Below are positions 19,377 to 28,679 of a DNA stretch of 64,000 nt, piece after piece (within the stretch, counting starts at the first letter, position 1; the number at the start of each line of letters is the position of its first letter). The notes under the pieces were generated by a model. That model was not told the DNA's origin, ran no database searches, and saw only the letters and a list, made by a program, of their open reading frames with translations. Both the position numbers and the translations under genes were made by a program. Origin of the DNA: Rhodospirillaceae bacterium (GTDB lineage: Bacteria > Pseudomonadota > Alphaproteobacteria > UBA6615); contig JABIVD010000015.1 in NCBI GenBank assembly GCA_018667335.1, forward strand, positions 93,211 through 157,210, written 5' to 3'.

Positions 19377-19541
19377 TCCGTAACTCCTGTGGAACGGGTT
19401 TCAACGTCATCCAGGCCACGGTCTCGTCGGTCGCCTCGATCACGTTCGCAATGGGATGCGGTGACGAACAGGATGCGCCGTACCGGACCTATTGGCCACA
19501 CCGTCAGCTGCCGTTGGGCGACCTGACGAGAGACTTCCCGG

Positions 19542-20270
19542 TCAGTCGAGGCCGAACTTGTAGGCTTCGCGTGCGGCTTCGGTGCGGTTGGAGACATTAA
19601 GTTTCCGGAACACGCTGGTCACATGGGTCTTGATCGTCGCTTCCTGCAATTCCAGATCGCGTGCGATCTCCTTGTTCGCCTTGCCGCGGGCCATAAGGCT
19701 GAGGACGGTTGCTTCCCGTTCCGAGAGTCCCGGCGCGTTCTGGTTTTCCGACGACGGCCCGCGCAACACCGCATTTGCGGGACCCGAACATTCGGGTGTC
19801 AGGAGGACCGAAGGCACATAACGTTCTCCGGACAGGACCAGACGCAGCGCGTTGGTCAGGGAGCGACCGCCCATCGTTTTCGGGAAGTAACCGGCCGCTC
19901 CGTGATCGAGCGCTCCCATGATGTCGGCCCGGTCAATCGAGCCGGAAAGAATGACCACTGGGGTTTCGGGATAAGTAGCGTGCAGCCTGTCGAGTCCCTC
20001 GAGGCGGTTCATGCCCGGCATATTGAGATCGAGAATGACCAAATCGATGCCGTCGTCAGTGGTCAGGATGCTGGCCGCCTCGTCGAACGTTTCGGCCTCG
20101 ATGATCTGTGTGTTTGGCTCGACGACCTGAATGTAATTCTTGAGACCATCGCGAACCATTGCGTGATCATCGGCAAGCAATATCCGCAACTCATGACTTT
20201 CTGGAAGATGCTCCCGGTAGATGCTCTGGACCGAGGTTTCGCGTTCCGTGGTGTTCAACATTGTTAGCAA
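19542..20270 (-). CDS. NarL/LuxR-type response regulator (start uncertain)
   Basis: LADDHAMVR, LDLNMPG, LSERE..GKANKEIARDL..TIKTHV. Confidence 0.9.
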   Translation of the reverse strand: MLTMLNTTERETSVQSIYREHLPESHELRILLADDHAMVRDGLKNYIQVVEPNTQIIEAETFDEAASILTTDDGIDLVILDLNMPGMNRLEGLDRLHATYPETPVVILSGSIDRADIMGALDHGAAGYFPKTMGGRSLTNALRLVLSGERYVPSVLLTPECSGPANAVLRGPSSENQNAPGLSEREATVLSLMARGKANKEIARDLELQEATIKTHVTSVFRKLNVSNRTEAAREAYKFGLD

Positions 20271-20439
20271 CCGTGATGTTTGAGGTTCGACTTATGGAGG
20301 ATCGAACAAAGTGTGACGGCTGCGCTGTGATGACAGTCACAGGCAGGCCGGATTCCGTGGGTCGTGGCCCGCCGCGCCATGCCGGATAAGCCCGAATACA
20401 ATGGTGTCATGAATTTCCTCCCCAGGAAAAGTTCATATA

Positions 20440-20475
20440 AGCCAGATACATAGCCAGATACGTAGCCAGAAAATT
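20440..20475. repeat. Three 12-bp tandem repeats
   Basis: agccagatacat / agccagatacgt / agccagaaaatt. Confidence 0.8.
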
Positions 20476-20494
20476 AACAATTGGGCCCAGATGG

Positions 20495-20510
20495 TTAACA
20501 AAAAGTTAAC
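20495..20510. promoter_or_regulatory. Consensus CtrA-binding site
   Basis: TTAA-CAAAAAG-TTAAC, overlapped by ATGGTTAA (reverse complement of TTAACCAT). Confidence 0.7.
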
Positions 20511-20723
20511 GCTGTCGGTACCTGTGTGTGCAGGTGCGAAATAATGCTGACCCACATCATCCGAATGGCATGTGCCTGCGACAAACGGATGAGTGTATAT
20601 CCTCCGATGGTATAAATAAAAAGAAGACGAGAAATTAATAAAGACTAATAAAGAACTAAAGAATACCGATGCGGGAGCGCAATTATCGCCATCTGTTCGT
20701 AGCCTTTTCTCCATTAACAGGAG

Positions 20724-21458
20724 ATGGGCAGAGACATGGGCGGCGTTTGGGCATTATTTCGGGGTCTGTTTGGTGCCTTTAACGCCGGTAGGGCTGCTTT
20801 TACTGTCCTGGTTGTTTTGTTTTTCTCGGTTGTTGTGGCGAGCGATTCTCTTGCGGCCGGTACTGCCACCAGCCGCACGGCCTTCGATGGCAAGATCGCG
20901 TCGATCAAGGCGGTCCACTTATCCCGAGCCGCCCCCCCGAAAAAATTGAACGCCGTGATTGCCAGGCACACCGCCCAGGTTGCCGCGGGCGGCGGAGAAC
21001 TTCGGGGGGTATCGAAACCTGGCGTCGTTGCTGCCGATTGGCAGAAGCTGATCACGCGCCTGAAAGGACTGTCGCGCCGTGAACGCGTGCTGGAGGTCGA
21101 ACGTTACTTCGCGACGTTCCGCTATGTGACCGACAGGAAGGGCTGGCGGAAGAACGACTACTGGGCCAGCCCGTTAGAGTTCATAGCGCGGCGCCAGGGT
21201 GACTGCGAAGACTACGCGATCGCCCGTTACCTGGCGCTTCGCGCGGCGGGCTTCGATGACAAGGATCTGAACCTGATCGGCGTCACTGATCGGCGCTCAC
21301 GGCAGTTCCATATGGTCCTCGCGGTGAATGTCGATGGCGAGATTTTGGTGCTCGACAACCAGTCCAAGCGCCCCGCCGCGACCCTTGACCTCAAACGCTA
21401 TGAGCCCGCCTACGCGATCAATCAGAACAACCGCTGGCTCACCAAACGGACCGGCTGA
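20724..21458 (+). CDS. Transglutaminase-like cysteine peptidase (BTLCP/LapG-like)
   Basis: N-terminal hydrophobic signal, DYWASPLEF, GDCEDYAI, HMVL and VLDN (Cys-His-Asp triad). Confidence 0.88.
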   Translation: MGRDMGGVWALFRGLFGAFNAGRAAFTVLVVLFFSVVVASDSLAAGTATSRTAFDGKIASIKAVHLSRAAPPKKLNAVIARHTAQVAAGGGELRGVSKPGVVAADWQKLITRLKGLSRRERVLEVERYFATFRYVTDRKGWRKNDYWASPLEFIARRQGDCEDYAIARYLALRAAGFDDKDLNLIGVTDRRSRQFHMVLAVNVDGEILVLDNQSKRPAATLDLKRYEPAYAINQNNRWLTKRTG

Positions 21459-21490
21459 AGCGGCCCGCTGGATAGATAACAAGGAGCAGG

Positions 21491-21928
21491 ATGATGATGA
21501 CAGCTGAGAGTGAACCCGTGGCTATCGACGCGCCCCTCGCGGCGCCCAACCTGGCTGGCCGATCGATCCTTGTGGTCGACGACGATCCGATACAGCGGGT
21601 GTTGCTGGTGCACGCCTTCTGGGATGTCGATGCAACCCTCTACCAGGCCGGGGACGGGAAGGAGGCGCTTTCGCTGATCACCTCTCAGCACCCGGACCTC
21701 GTCATTATGGATGCCCGGATGCCGAAACTGAGCGGCCCCGAAGTGCTCGCCGCGTTGGTTCGCGCGGATCACCCAACGAAGCTGGTCCTGACGAGCGGCA
21801 ACACATCGGAATTCGGATCGATGGTGGCGAACCTGGAGAACGTGGTGGCTGTCATCGAGAAACCGGTTCATCTGGCGCATTTGCGCAGGGTCGTGTTTCA
21901 GGCCCTCGACGGTGACGCATGGCGTTGA
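21491..21928 (+). CDS. Single-domain response regulator (receiver)
   Basis: ILVVDDD, IMDARMP, TSG, EKP, with AAGGAG SD. Confidence 0.88.
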   Translation: MMMTAESEPVAIDAPLAAPNLAGRSILVVDDDPIQRVLLVHAFWDVDATLYQAGDGKEALSLITSQHPDLVIMDARMPKLSGPEVLAALVRADHPTKLVLTSGNTSEFGSMVANLENVVAVIEKPVHLAHLRRVVFQALDGDAWR

Positions 21929-22023
21929 CGGGCGGGCGTGGCCTCAGTGAACCGGGATCACCGGTCGCCGCCGCGCAGCGATGAAAGAGGCGTTCTCCCC
22001 ACAGGCGCTTAACCTCAGGGGTA

Positions 22024-23169
22024 CTAGCCCCAGAGGCGCTCGGACGCGAGCTCGGCACCGCGGACCAGGGACTTGAACTTCTCGACGGCGATCTCCGGGT
22101 CCACTTTGCCGATGCCTGCGAAGGTCGCGAAGCCGCAGTCGGCCCCAGCCATGACCCGCTCACGGCCCACCACATTGGCGTAGTTGCAGATCCTGTCGGC
22201 GACGACACCGGGATGCTCGATGTAGTTGGTCACGCTGTCGATCACGCCCGGGATGATAATCTTGTCGTCGGGCAGCTTCTTGTCCTCGAACACTCGCCAT
22301 TCATGGGCGTGGCGCGGATTGGAAGATTCGACCAGCATTCCTTGCGGCTTCGCCTTCATGATCACGTCGAAGATTGCCTCGAACGGGATATCGAGATGGT
22401 GGGGGCCTTCGTAGTTGCCCCAGCAGATATGCATGCGCACCCGGTCGGCCGGGATGTTCGCGAGCGCGGCGTTGAGGGCCTCGATCTGCATCTCGGCATG
22501 TTTCAGGAAGTCCGCGTCGGACAGCTCGCGATACTCGGTGTGGCGGCCCATGGCGAGATCTGGGCAGTCGATCTGCAGCACGAAGCCGGCATTCGCGATC
22601 GCTTCATACTCCTCGCGCATAACGCTCGACAGCGCTTCCAGATATGCGTCGTCGCTGGGATAGAACTCATTATGCTGGAACACGGTGATGACGCCGGGCG
22701 AGGCCGCGTTCATGAAAAATTCGGTCGCATCGCTGCCATTTGTGGCGGCCGCCAGGTTTTCCAAATCCTTGCGCATGGGCTCGCGGTCGCGGATGACGAC
22801 CTCGCTGGTGCAGCAGGGCCGGTTCAGCCGCCGCGTCTCGGCCATGCGGGAGAGCATCTTGCGGTAACCGGGGAAACCCGAGAGGTCGTCGAAACGCACC
22901 GACGGGCTGTCACCAGAGAATCCATCCAGGCGCTGCTGGATGTAGGTGGCGTAGCCGGTCTTGCTCATCTCGCCGTCATTGATGACGTCGAGGCCCCATT
23001 CGCGCTGGGCGCCAACGATATCGGCCACGGCGCGTGTCACCGTCGCGTCGAACACATCCGGGTCGTACGCCTCGCCGAACTCCACCTTGTAGAGGAGGTC
23101 TTCCAGGTCCTGGGGGCGGGGCAGGCTACCCACATGGGTCGTCAGGATACGATCTTTACTGTGTTGCAC
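22024..23169 (-). CDS. Cobalamin-independent methionine synthase II family (single-barrel MetE-like)
   Basis: TTHVGSLPRP, NDGEMSK, HICWGNY, ADCGF. GTG start. Confidence 0.88.
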   Translation of the reverse strand: MQHSKDRILTTHVGSLPRPQDLEDLLYKVEFGEAYDPDVFDATVTRAVADIVGAQREWGLDVINDGEMSKTGYATYIQQRLDGFSGDSPSVRFDDLSGFPGYRKMLSRMAETRRLNRPCCTSEVVIRDREPMRKDLENLAAATNGSDATEFFMNAASPGVITVFQHNEFYPSDDAYLEALSSVMREEYEAIANAGFVLQIDCPDLAMGRHTEYRELSDADFLKHAEMQIEALNAALANIPADRVRMHICWGNYEGPHHLDIPFEAIFDVIMKAKPQGMLVESSNPRHAHEWRVFEDKKLPDDKIIIPGVIDSVTNYIEHPGVVADRICNYANVVGRERVMAGADCGFATFAGIGKVDPEIAVEKFKSLVRGAELASERLWG

Positions 23170-23241
23170 GGGAGCCTCCGAAGGATGTCTGTGTCGGTTC
23201 TGATGTGATCGAGTTCGGATGTTTATACACTGGCGGAAAGC

Positions 23242-23270
23242 AAAAGGGCCCGCCGTTTCCGGCGAGCCCT
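23242..23270 (-). terminator. Intrinsic terminator after the Hsp20 gene
   Basis: GC stem followed by a T tract on the minus strand. Confidence 0.7.
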
Positions 23271-23308
23271 CGTTGGAGTTTGTGATGGCGTGAACTGCCG
23301 AGGCGGGG

Positions 23309-23773
23309 TTACGCCGCCTTACGATCGTGGTCGAGCGTGTGCGGCTCTGTGCCGGCGGCGATTTCGATCTTCCGCGGCTTCAGTTCCTCGGGCACCTCGC
23401 GCTTCAGGTCGATGACCAACAGGCCGTTGACGAGATCCGCCTTGGTGACGTTCACATGGTCGGCGAGATCGAACCGGCGCTCGAACGCGCGCGTGGCGAT
23501 GCCACGATGAAGATAGGTATCCTCACCATCGGTCTTGCCCTGCTCGCCCTTCAAGACCAACGAGTTGTTGGTCTGCGTGATGTCGATATCGCCCGCGCCG
23601 AAGCCCGCGACCGCCATAGTCACGCGATACGCGTCATCGTCGAGTTTTTCGATGTTGTAGGGCGGATAGGACGGGGCTTCGCTGTTGAAGGCCGTATCGA
23701 GCATTTGTCCCACCCGGTCGAAACCGACGGATGAACGGAACAATGGGGTCAAATCAAGATTGTAGGTACGCAT
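23309..23773 (-). CDS. ibpA: Small heat-shock protein (IbpA/Hsp20)
   Basis: VGFDR, YPPYNIE, AVAGF, LHRGIATRAFERRF, NGLL, PRKIEI. Confidence 0.95.
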   Translation of the reverse strand: MRTYNLDLTPLFRSSVGFDRVGQMLDTAFNSEAPSYPPYNIEKLDDDAYRVTMAVAGFGAGDIDITQTNNSLVLKGEQGKTDGEDTYLHRGIATRAFERRFDLADHVNVTKADLVNGLLVIDLKREVPEELKPRKIEIAAGTEPHTLDHDRKAA

Positions 23774-23880
23774 TCACTTGTCCTCCTTTGAGAGCAACTG
23801 TGACATCGGCATTCCCGCAATTGGCCGGGAGGTGCCGGGTTGACGCGGTCTGGAACCCGAATTCGGCATTCCCCGCGATA
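23771..23880 (-). promoter_or_regulatory. ROSE-like RNA thermometer in the ibpA 5' UTR
   Basis: UUGCU motif opposite the SD in TCACAGTTGCTCTC-AAAG-GAGGACAAGTGA-ATG. Confidence 0.65.
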
Positions 23881-23886
23881 ATCTTG

Positions 23887-23915
23887 ATATGGGTAGGGAT
23901 ATTTTTCGATTCAAG
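23887..23915 (-). promoter_or_regulatory. RpoH (sigma32) promoter
   Basis: CTTGAA-N16-CCCATAT upstream of ibpA. Confidence 0.8.
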
Positions 23916-24005
23916 GGCAGGGAATCGTCTGCTTCTGATGCCGGAATCAAAACGGGCGCTGCAACTGCAACGCCCGGAATACACTCGATTGTCTTGGGAT
24001 TAGGT

Positions 24006-24248
24006 TCAGCCGTTTTCGGGTTCGGCTCCGCCGAGGCCAAAACCTTCGTAGCGCTTGTTGAACTTCGCGACCTGACCGCCGGTATCGATGAGACGATGCT
24101 GGCCGGTCCACGCCGGGTGGGTCTTGGGGTCGATGTCCAGACGCAGCGTGTCGCCCGGCTCGCCATAGGTCGAGCGGGTCGTGAATTCGCTGCCGTCGGT
24201 CATGACGACGGTGATCTCGTGATACTGGGGATGAATGTCTTTTTTCAT
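24006..24248 (-). CDS. rpmE: 50S ribosomal protein L31
   Basis: [33 protein letters not shown]. Confidence 0.96.
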   Translation of the reverse strand: MKKDIHPQYHEITVVMTDGSEFTTRSTYGEPGDTLRLDIDPKTHPAWTGQHRLIDTGGQVAKFNKRYEGFGLGGAEPENG

Positions 24249-24386
24249 CTCATGCTCTCTCGGCTTGGAAGGCGGTGGTTATAGCCAAGCCTGCGCACGA
24301 CCGCAAGGGTTGGTGCACATGGTTTCGATGCGCACGAATGCGTTTCTTGGCGGGGTTTGCCGAGCCTGCTAAACCCTGTTCCCAAG

Positions 24387-26207
24387 ATGGCATTGAAACC
24401 CCGATCACGCGGCGGCTCTGAAGAGACCGAGACCCAGCCGCCCAAGCGCAGTCTGCGCGAGCTCCGCAGGCTCGGTGGCTACCTGCGTCCCTACCGCCTG
24501 GCGGTACTCGGCGCCTTCCTTGCGCTCACAATCGCGGCCGGCACGGTGCTGGTGATCGGCCAGGGGCTACGCCGTCTGGTCGATGACGGGTTTGCGGCAG
24601 GCAACACCGGATTGCTGGATGATGCGCTGGTCGGGTTGCTTGTGGTGGTCGTGGTTCTCGCCGGCGCGACCTACTCACGGTTCTTCCTCGTGTCGTGGAT
24701 CGGCGAGCGGGTGATGGCTGATCTGCGTAAGGCGGTTTTTCAGCACACACTGCGGCTCGACCCGGCCTTCTACGAGACCATGCGGATCGGCGAAGTGATG
24801 TCGCGCCTGACCGCCGACACCACGTTGATCCAGGCCGTCGTCGGGACCTCTGCCTCGATGGCGCTGCGCAATGTGCTTCTGGTCACAGGCGGACTCGTAA
24901 TGCTCGCCATCACCAGCCCGCGGTTGACCCTCTTGGTTCTGGTTGTGGTCCCGCTCGTGCTGGTGCCCATCCTGGTCTTTGGACGCCAGGTGCGCCGGCT
25001 CAGCCGAGAGAGCCTCGATCGGCTGGCCGACGTCAGCGCCTATGTTGATGAATCGATCGCCAATATCCGCACTGTTCAAGCCTTCGGTCATGAAAACCTC
25101 GACCGGGCGCGTTTCTCCGAACGGGTGGAGGATACGTTTGCGACGTCGGTCCGGCGCATCCGTGCACGCGCGCTCCTGACAGCCATTGTCATTCTGTTGG
25201 TCTTCGGGGCGATCGGGACCATTCTCTGGATCGGCGGCCGCGATGTGATCTCCGGACGCCTGAGTGCAGGTGACCTCTCGGCCTTTGTCTTCTATTCCGT
25301 GATTGTCGCCACTTCGGTCGGTGCGATTTCCGAAGTGATCGGCGAGTTGCAGCGGGCGGCCGGCGCGACCGAACGCTTGTTCGAGCTGATGGATGTCGTC
25401 CCGGCGATCGTCGCGCCCGACAATCCGAAATCCCTGCCTGACCGGGCCAAGGCTCGGGTTGCGCTGGACACCGTGACCTTTCGGTATCCTTCCCGTCCCG
25501 AAGATCCGGCCTTGTCTGATTTCTCCCTCGATGTGGCGCCGGGCGAAACGGTGGCACTGGTGGGGCCTTCAGGCGCGGGCAAGACCACGGTCTTCCAGCT
25601 TCTGTTGCGCTTCTATGACCCCGACGCGGGACATCTGAGTTTTGACGGCATCGATCTGCGCGAGCTGGCACCCGAGGAGCTGCGCCGCCATGTGGGGCTG
25701 GTGCCGCAGGAGCCTGTGATCTTCTCGACGGATGCCTGGGAAAATATCCGCTATGGCCGGCCGGACGCGAGTGATGAAGAAGTACGGGCGGCGGCGGACG
25801 CCGCCTCTGCGCTTGCGTTCATCGAGGCCCTGCCAGATGGTTTCGACACATTCCTGGGCGAAAAAGGTGTGCGCCTGTCGGGCGGTCAGCGTCAGCGTGT
25901 TGCGATCGCCCGCGCGATCCTGCGCGACCCGGAGCTGCTGTTGCTGGACGAGGCGACCAGCGCGCTCGACGCCGAATCGGAGCGCGCGGTGCAGTCCGCG
26001 ATGACCGGGTTGATGCAGAACCGCACGACGTTGGTCATCGCCCATCGTCTGGCGACGGTCATCGCCGCGGATCGCATCGCGGTGATCGATCAGGGCCGGA
26101 TCGTTGCTGAAGGTACTCATCAGGAACTGATCGGCCAGGGTGGGCTCTATGCGCGTCTGGCCAAACTCCAGTTTGACCTTGAGGGCGCGAGCGCCGCTGC
26201 GCAGTAA
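24387..26207 (+). CDS. MsbA-related ABC exporter (fused permease/ATPase)
   Basis: Six TM segments, GPSGAGKT, LSGGQRQR, LLLDEATSALD, IAHRL. Confidence 0.92.
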   Translation: MALKPRSRGGSEETETQPPKRSLRELRRLGGYLRPYRLAVLGAFLALTIAAGTVLVIGQGLRRLVDDGFAAGNTGLLDDALVGLLVVVVVLAGATYSRFFLVSWIGERVMADLRKAVFQHTLRLDPAFYETMRIGEVMSRLTADTTLIQAVVGTSASMALRNVLLVTGGLVMLAITSPRLTLLVLVVVPLVLVPILVFGRQVRRLSRESLDRLADVSAYVDESIANIRTVQAFGHENLDRARFSERVEDTFATSVRRIRARALLTAIVILLVFGAIGTILWIGGRDVISGRLSAGDLSAFVFYSVIVATSVGAISEVIGELQRAAGATERLFELMDVVPAIVAPDNPKSLPDRAKARVALDTVTFRYPSRPEDPALSDFSLDVAPGETVALVGPSGAGKTTVFQLLLRFYDPDAGHLSFDGIDLRELAPEELRRHVGLVPQEPVIFSTDAWENIRYGRPDASDEEVRAAADAASALAFIEALPDGFDTFLGEKGVRLSGGQRQRVAIARAILRDPELLLLDEATSALDAESERAVQSAMTGLMQNRTTLVIAHRLATVIAADRIAVIDQGRIVAEGTHQELIGQGGLYARLAKLQFDLEGASAAAQ

Positions 26208-26226
26208 ATTCTTCGGATCCGAATAC

Positions 26227-27393
26227 TCAGCGCTGGTCGAGCTTGAACTCGATCCGCCGGTTGCGCCGGTAGGCGATCTCATCCTGCCGGCCATCGATCG
26301 GCTGGAACTGGCCAAATCCTGCGGCGACAAGGTTCTCTGGCGGAATACCGGATTGCACCAGGAATTTCACGACTGAGATGGCGCGCGCCGATGCGAGCTC
26401 CCAGTTGGACGGGAAGCGCGCCGTGCTGATCGGCCGTTCGTCCGTGTGGCCATCTACCCGCAGGATCCATTCGATGTCGTCGGGGATGTCGGCGGCAATC
26501 TGCACAAGAGCTTCCGCAAGTTGCTGGAGTTGCCCTTCGCCTTCCGGGTTCAGGACGGCCTGGCCTGATCCGAACAACACCTCCGACTGAAAGACAAACC
26601 GATCTCCCTCGATGCGGATGTCCGTCCGGTCGCCGAGAACTTCGCGCAAGCGCCCGAAAAATTCCGATCGATAGCGGGCCAGCTCCTGCACTTTGGTCGC
26701 GAGCGCCTCGTTCAGGCGAGAGCCCAGATTGACGATCTGGACTTCCTGCTCCCTGTTCTTGACCTCGGAGGCTTCGAGTGCGTCGTTGAGCGCGGCGAGC
26801 TGGTTGCGCAGGGCGGCGAGTTGCTGGTTGAGCAGGGCGACCTGGTCTTGCGCTTTCTGCGAGATTTCAGTTTGCTCGAGGAACGATGTTTCGGCGGTCT
26901 CGGCCCGCTGCGCGATCTCGGTCAGGCGGTTGTTACGGTCCTCGATATCGGCTTCGAGCTGGGCCAGATCGCGGCGTTGTGATTCTATCGTCTCCTGGTC
27001 GGCTGTCACTTGCGTGCGCAGGGTAGCAAGCTGCTCGGCATTCTCCTGCCGGGCCGATTCGAGCATGCCCTCGATGAACGTCAGGCGGCTGGTCAGTGAA
27101 TCACGGTCGGAAATCGAACTCTGGAGCTGGGCTGAAAGCTGAGAAACCGAGAGCCGCAACTCCGTGTTGGCGGAACGCTCAAGATCAAGCATGCGGGCCA
27201 GTTCATCCACCTGCCGGTTCAACTTTGACAACGCGTCGTCGCGGCCCGACAGCGCATCCGACAGGAAGAATTGCGCGATCGCGAACACCATGATCAGGAA
27301 CACCACCACGACCAGCAGCGCGGCGAGAGCATCGACGAAGCCAGGCCAATAGTTGATGGCCGATTGACGTCGTCGCGAGGATGAGCCGGGCAC
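26227..27393 (-). CDS. MotB-like peptidoglycan-binding protein with long coiled coil
   Basis: WPGFVD followed by one TM helix, about 200-aa coiled coil, and an OmpA_C domain (DGHTD, NWELASARA, NRRIE). Confidence 0.85.
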   Translation of the reverse strand: MPGSSSRRRQSAINYWPGFVDALAALLVVVVFLIMVFAIAQFFLSDALSGRDDALSKLNRQVDELARMLDLERSANTELRLSVSQLSAQLQSSISDRDSLTSRLTFIEGMLESARQENAEQLATLRTQVTADQETIESQRRDLAQLEADIEDRNNRLTEIAQRAETAETSFLEQTEISQKAQDQVALLNQQLAALRNQLAALNDALEASEVKNREQEVQIVNLGSRLNEALATKVQELARYRSEFFGRLREVLGDRTDIRIEGDRFVFQSEVLFGSGQAVLNPEGEGQLQQLAEALVQIAADIPDDIEWILRVDGHTDERPISTARFPSNWELASARAISVVKFLVQSGIPPENLVAAGFGQFQPIDGRQDEIAYRRNRRIEFKLDQR

Positions 27394-27404
27394 CGGTCTT
27401 TCCG

Positions 27405-28547
27405 CTAGCGGCCGTCGTCTTCGGCAAGCGCGGCGATGGTGCGTGCCAGAAGTCGGATTTCGGAGCGGATTTCCTGGACGATCTGGTTTCGCCCGGTCAC
27501 CTGATCTTCGAGCATGCGCGAAAGGTAACTGTCGATATTCCGAATATGGTTGCGGGTTGCGTCGTCGAAGTCGTCGCTCTGACGGGGTTCGGCGAGCCGC
27601 TGGAGTACAGGCCGAAGCTCAGCCTGATTTTCCGCCAGCCGGACCATCAGCTCCTGCTCCGTCCGCATCTGATCCGTCATCGTGGACAAACGGTCGGTCA
27701 GGGTCATGAGGCTCTGGTCGCCATGACTCCGCGATGCTTCAGCCTGCGCCACGGTGCGCTGCAGGTTATCGAGCGAGTCTGCTGTGGTCTCGAGGAGCGC
27801 CTGGATATAAGCCGGGACCGACTGATCGCCTTCGCCGCCACCCAGTGGTCCGCCGCTGGAGACGCGCGTGGCGCTGCTCAGCCAGTCCTCCAGGTCATTG
27901 TAGAACCGGTTCTGGGCCGCGCCTGCCTGCAAATCGAGAAACCCGAGAAGTAGGGATCCGGCCAGGCCAAACAGGGATGAGCTGAAGGCGGTTCCCATGC
28001 CCGACAAGGGCGCTTCCAGCCCGCTTTTCAGGTCGCTGAATATCTGGGTCGAATCGCCGCCACTGACTTGCAGCCCGGCAATGACCGCCGCGACCGAACC
28101 TACCGTTTGGAGGAGACCCCAGAATGTGCCGAGAAGACCGAGGAAAATCAGCAGTCCGATCATGTAACGCGAGATGTCGCGCGATTCATCGAGCCGAGCA
28201 CTGATCCCGTCGAGGATTGAACGCAGGGATGTTGTGTTTAGCCGCAATTGCCCCTGACGATCACCGATCATGGCTGCCATCGGCGCCAGCAGATGTGGCG
28301 GGTCGGCAACCGAAACACCCGGCCGCTGGCTGCGGTAGGTCTCGATCCAGCGAACCTCGATGTTGAGCATCAGGACCTGTCGAAACACGAAGAGCATGCC
28401 GAACAGCAGGACCAGAATGATGACGCCGTTGATCGCCGGGTTGGCGAGGAACGCCTCGATCAAAGGTTGATGCAGCACGCCCGCCACGGCGACGGCAAGC
28501 GCCAGGAAAATACCCATGCGGGTGAGGTAGGTGCGCGGGTTGGTCAT
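27405..28547 (-). CDS. MotA/TolQ/ExbB-family membrane protein with C-terminal tail
   Basis: LGLLGTFWGL and GMGTAFSSSLFGL channel helices, helical C-terminal tail. Confidence 0.85.
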   Translation of the reverse strand: MTNPRTYLTRMGIFLALAVAVAGVLHQPLIEAFLANPAINGVIILVLLFGMLFVFRQVLMLNIEVRWIETYRSQRPGVSVADPPHLLAPMAAMIGDRQGQLRLNTTSLRSILDGISARLDESRDISRYMIGLLIFLGLLGTFWGLLQTVGSVAAVIAGLQVSGGDSTQIFSDLKSGLEAPLSGMGTAFSSSLFGLAGSLLLGFLDLQAGAAQNRFYNDLEDWLSSATRVSSGGPLGGGEGDQSVPAYIQALLETTADSLDNLQRTVAQAEASRSHGDQSLMTLTDRLSTMTDQMRTEQELMVRLAENQAELRPVLQRLAEPRQSDDFDDATRNHIRNIDSYLSRMLEDQVTGRNQIVQEIRSEIRLLARTIAALAEDDGR

Positions 28548-28679
28548 GGCTTCTCTGCCCGGTTGCGCATACGGCTAATTAAGTTCGCCAAATATGTTCT
28601 CGTCACGACATTGCGTCATGAGACGATATGACATTGCCGTTTCTATGTGACGACTTTAGGGCGAAGGCGATGAGTCTCG

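Noticed and set aside
24006-24248. Cys-free L31 as a zinc-starvation paralog
   Set aside because: The Cys-free form is the normal alphaproteobacterial L31, and I see no Zur box.
26227-28547. Zorya anti-phage system call
   Set aside because: No zorC/D/E-like genes, host-like GC content and a core-genome context. Only the architecture resembles ZorAB.
28560-28679. GACATTGC repeated twice upstream of the MotA-like gene
   Set aside because: An 8-bp repeat is too short to distinguish from chance without comparative data.
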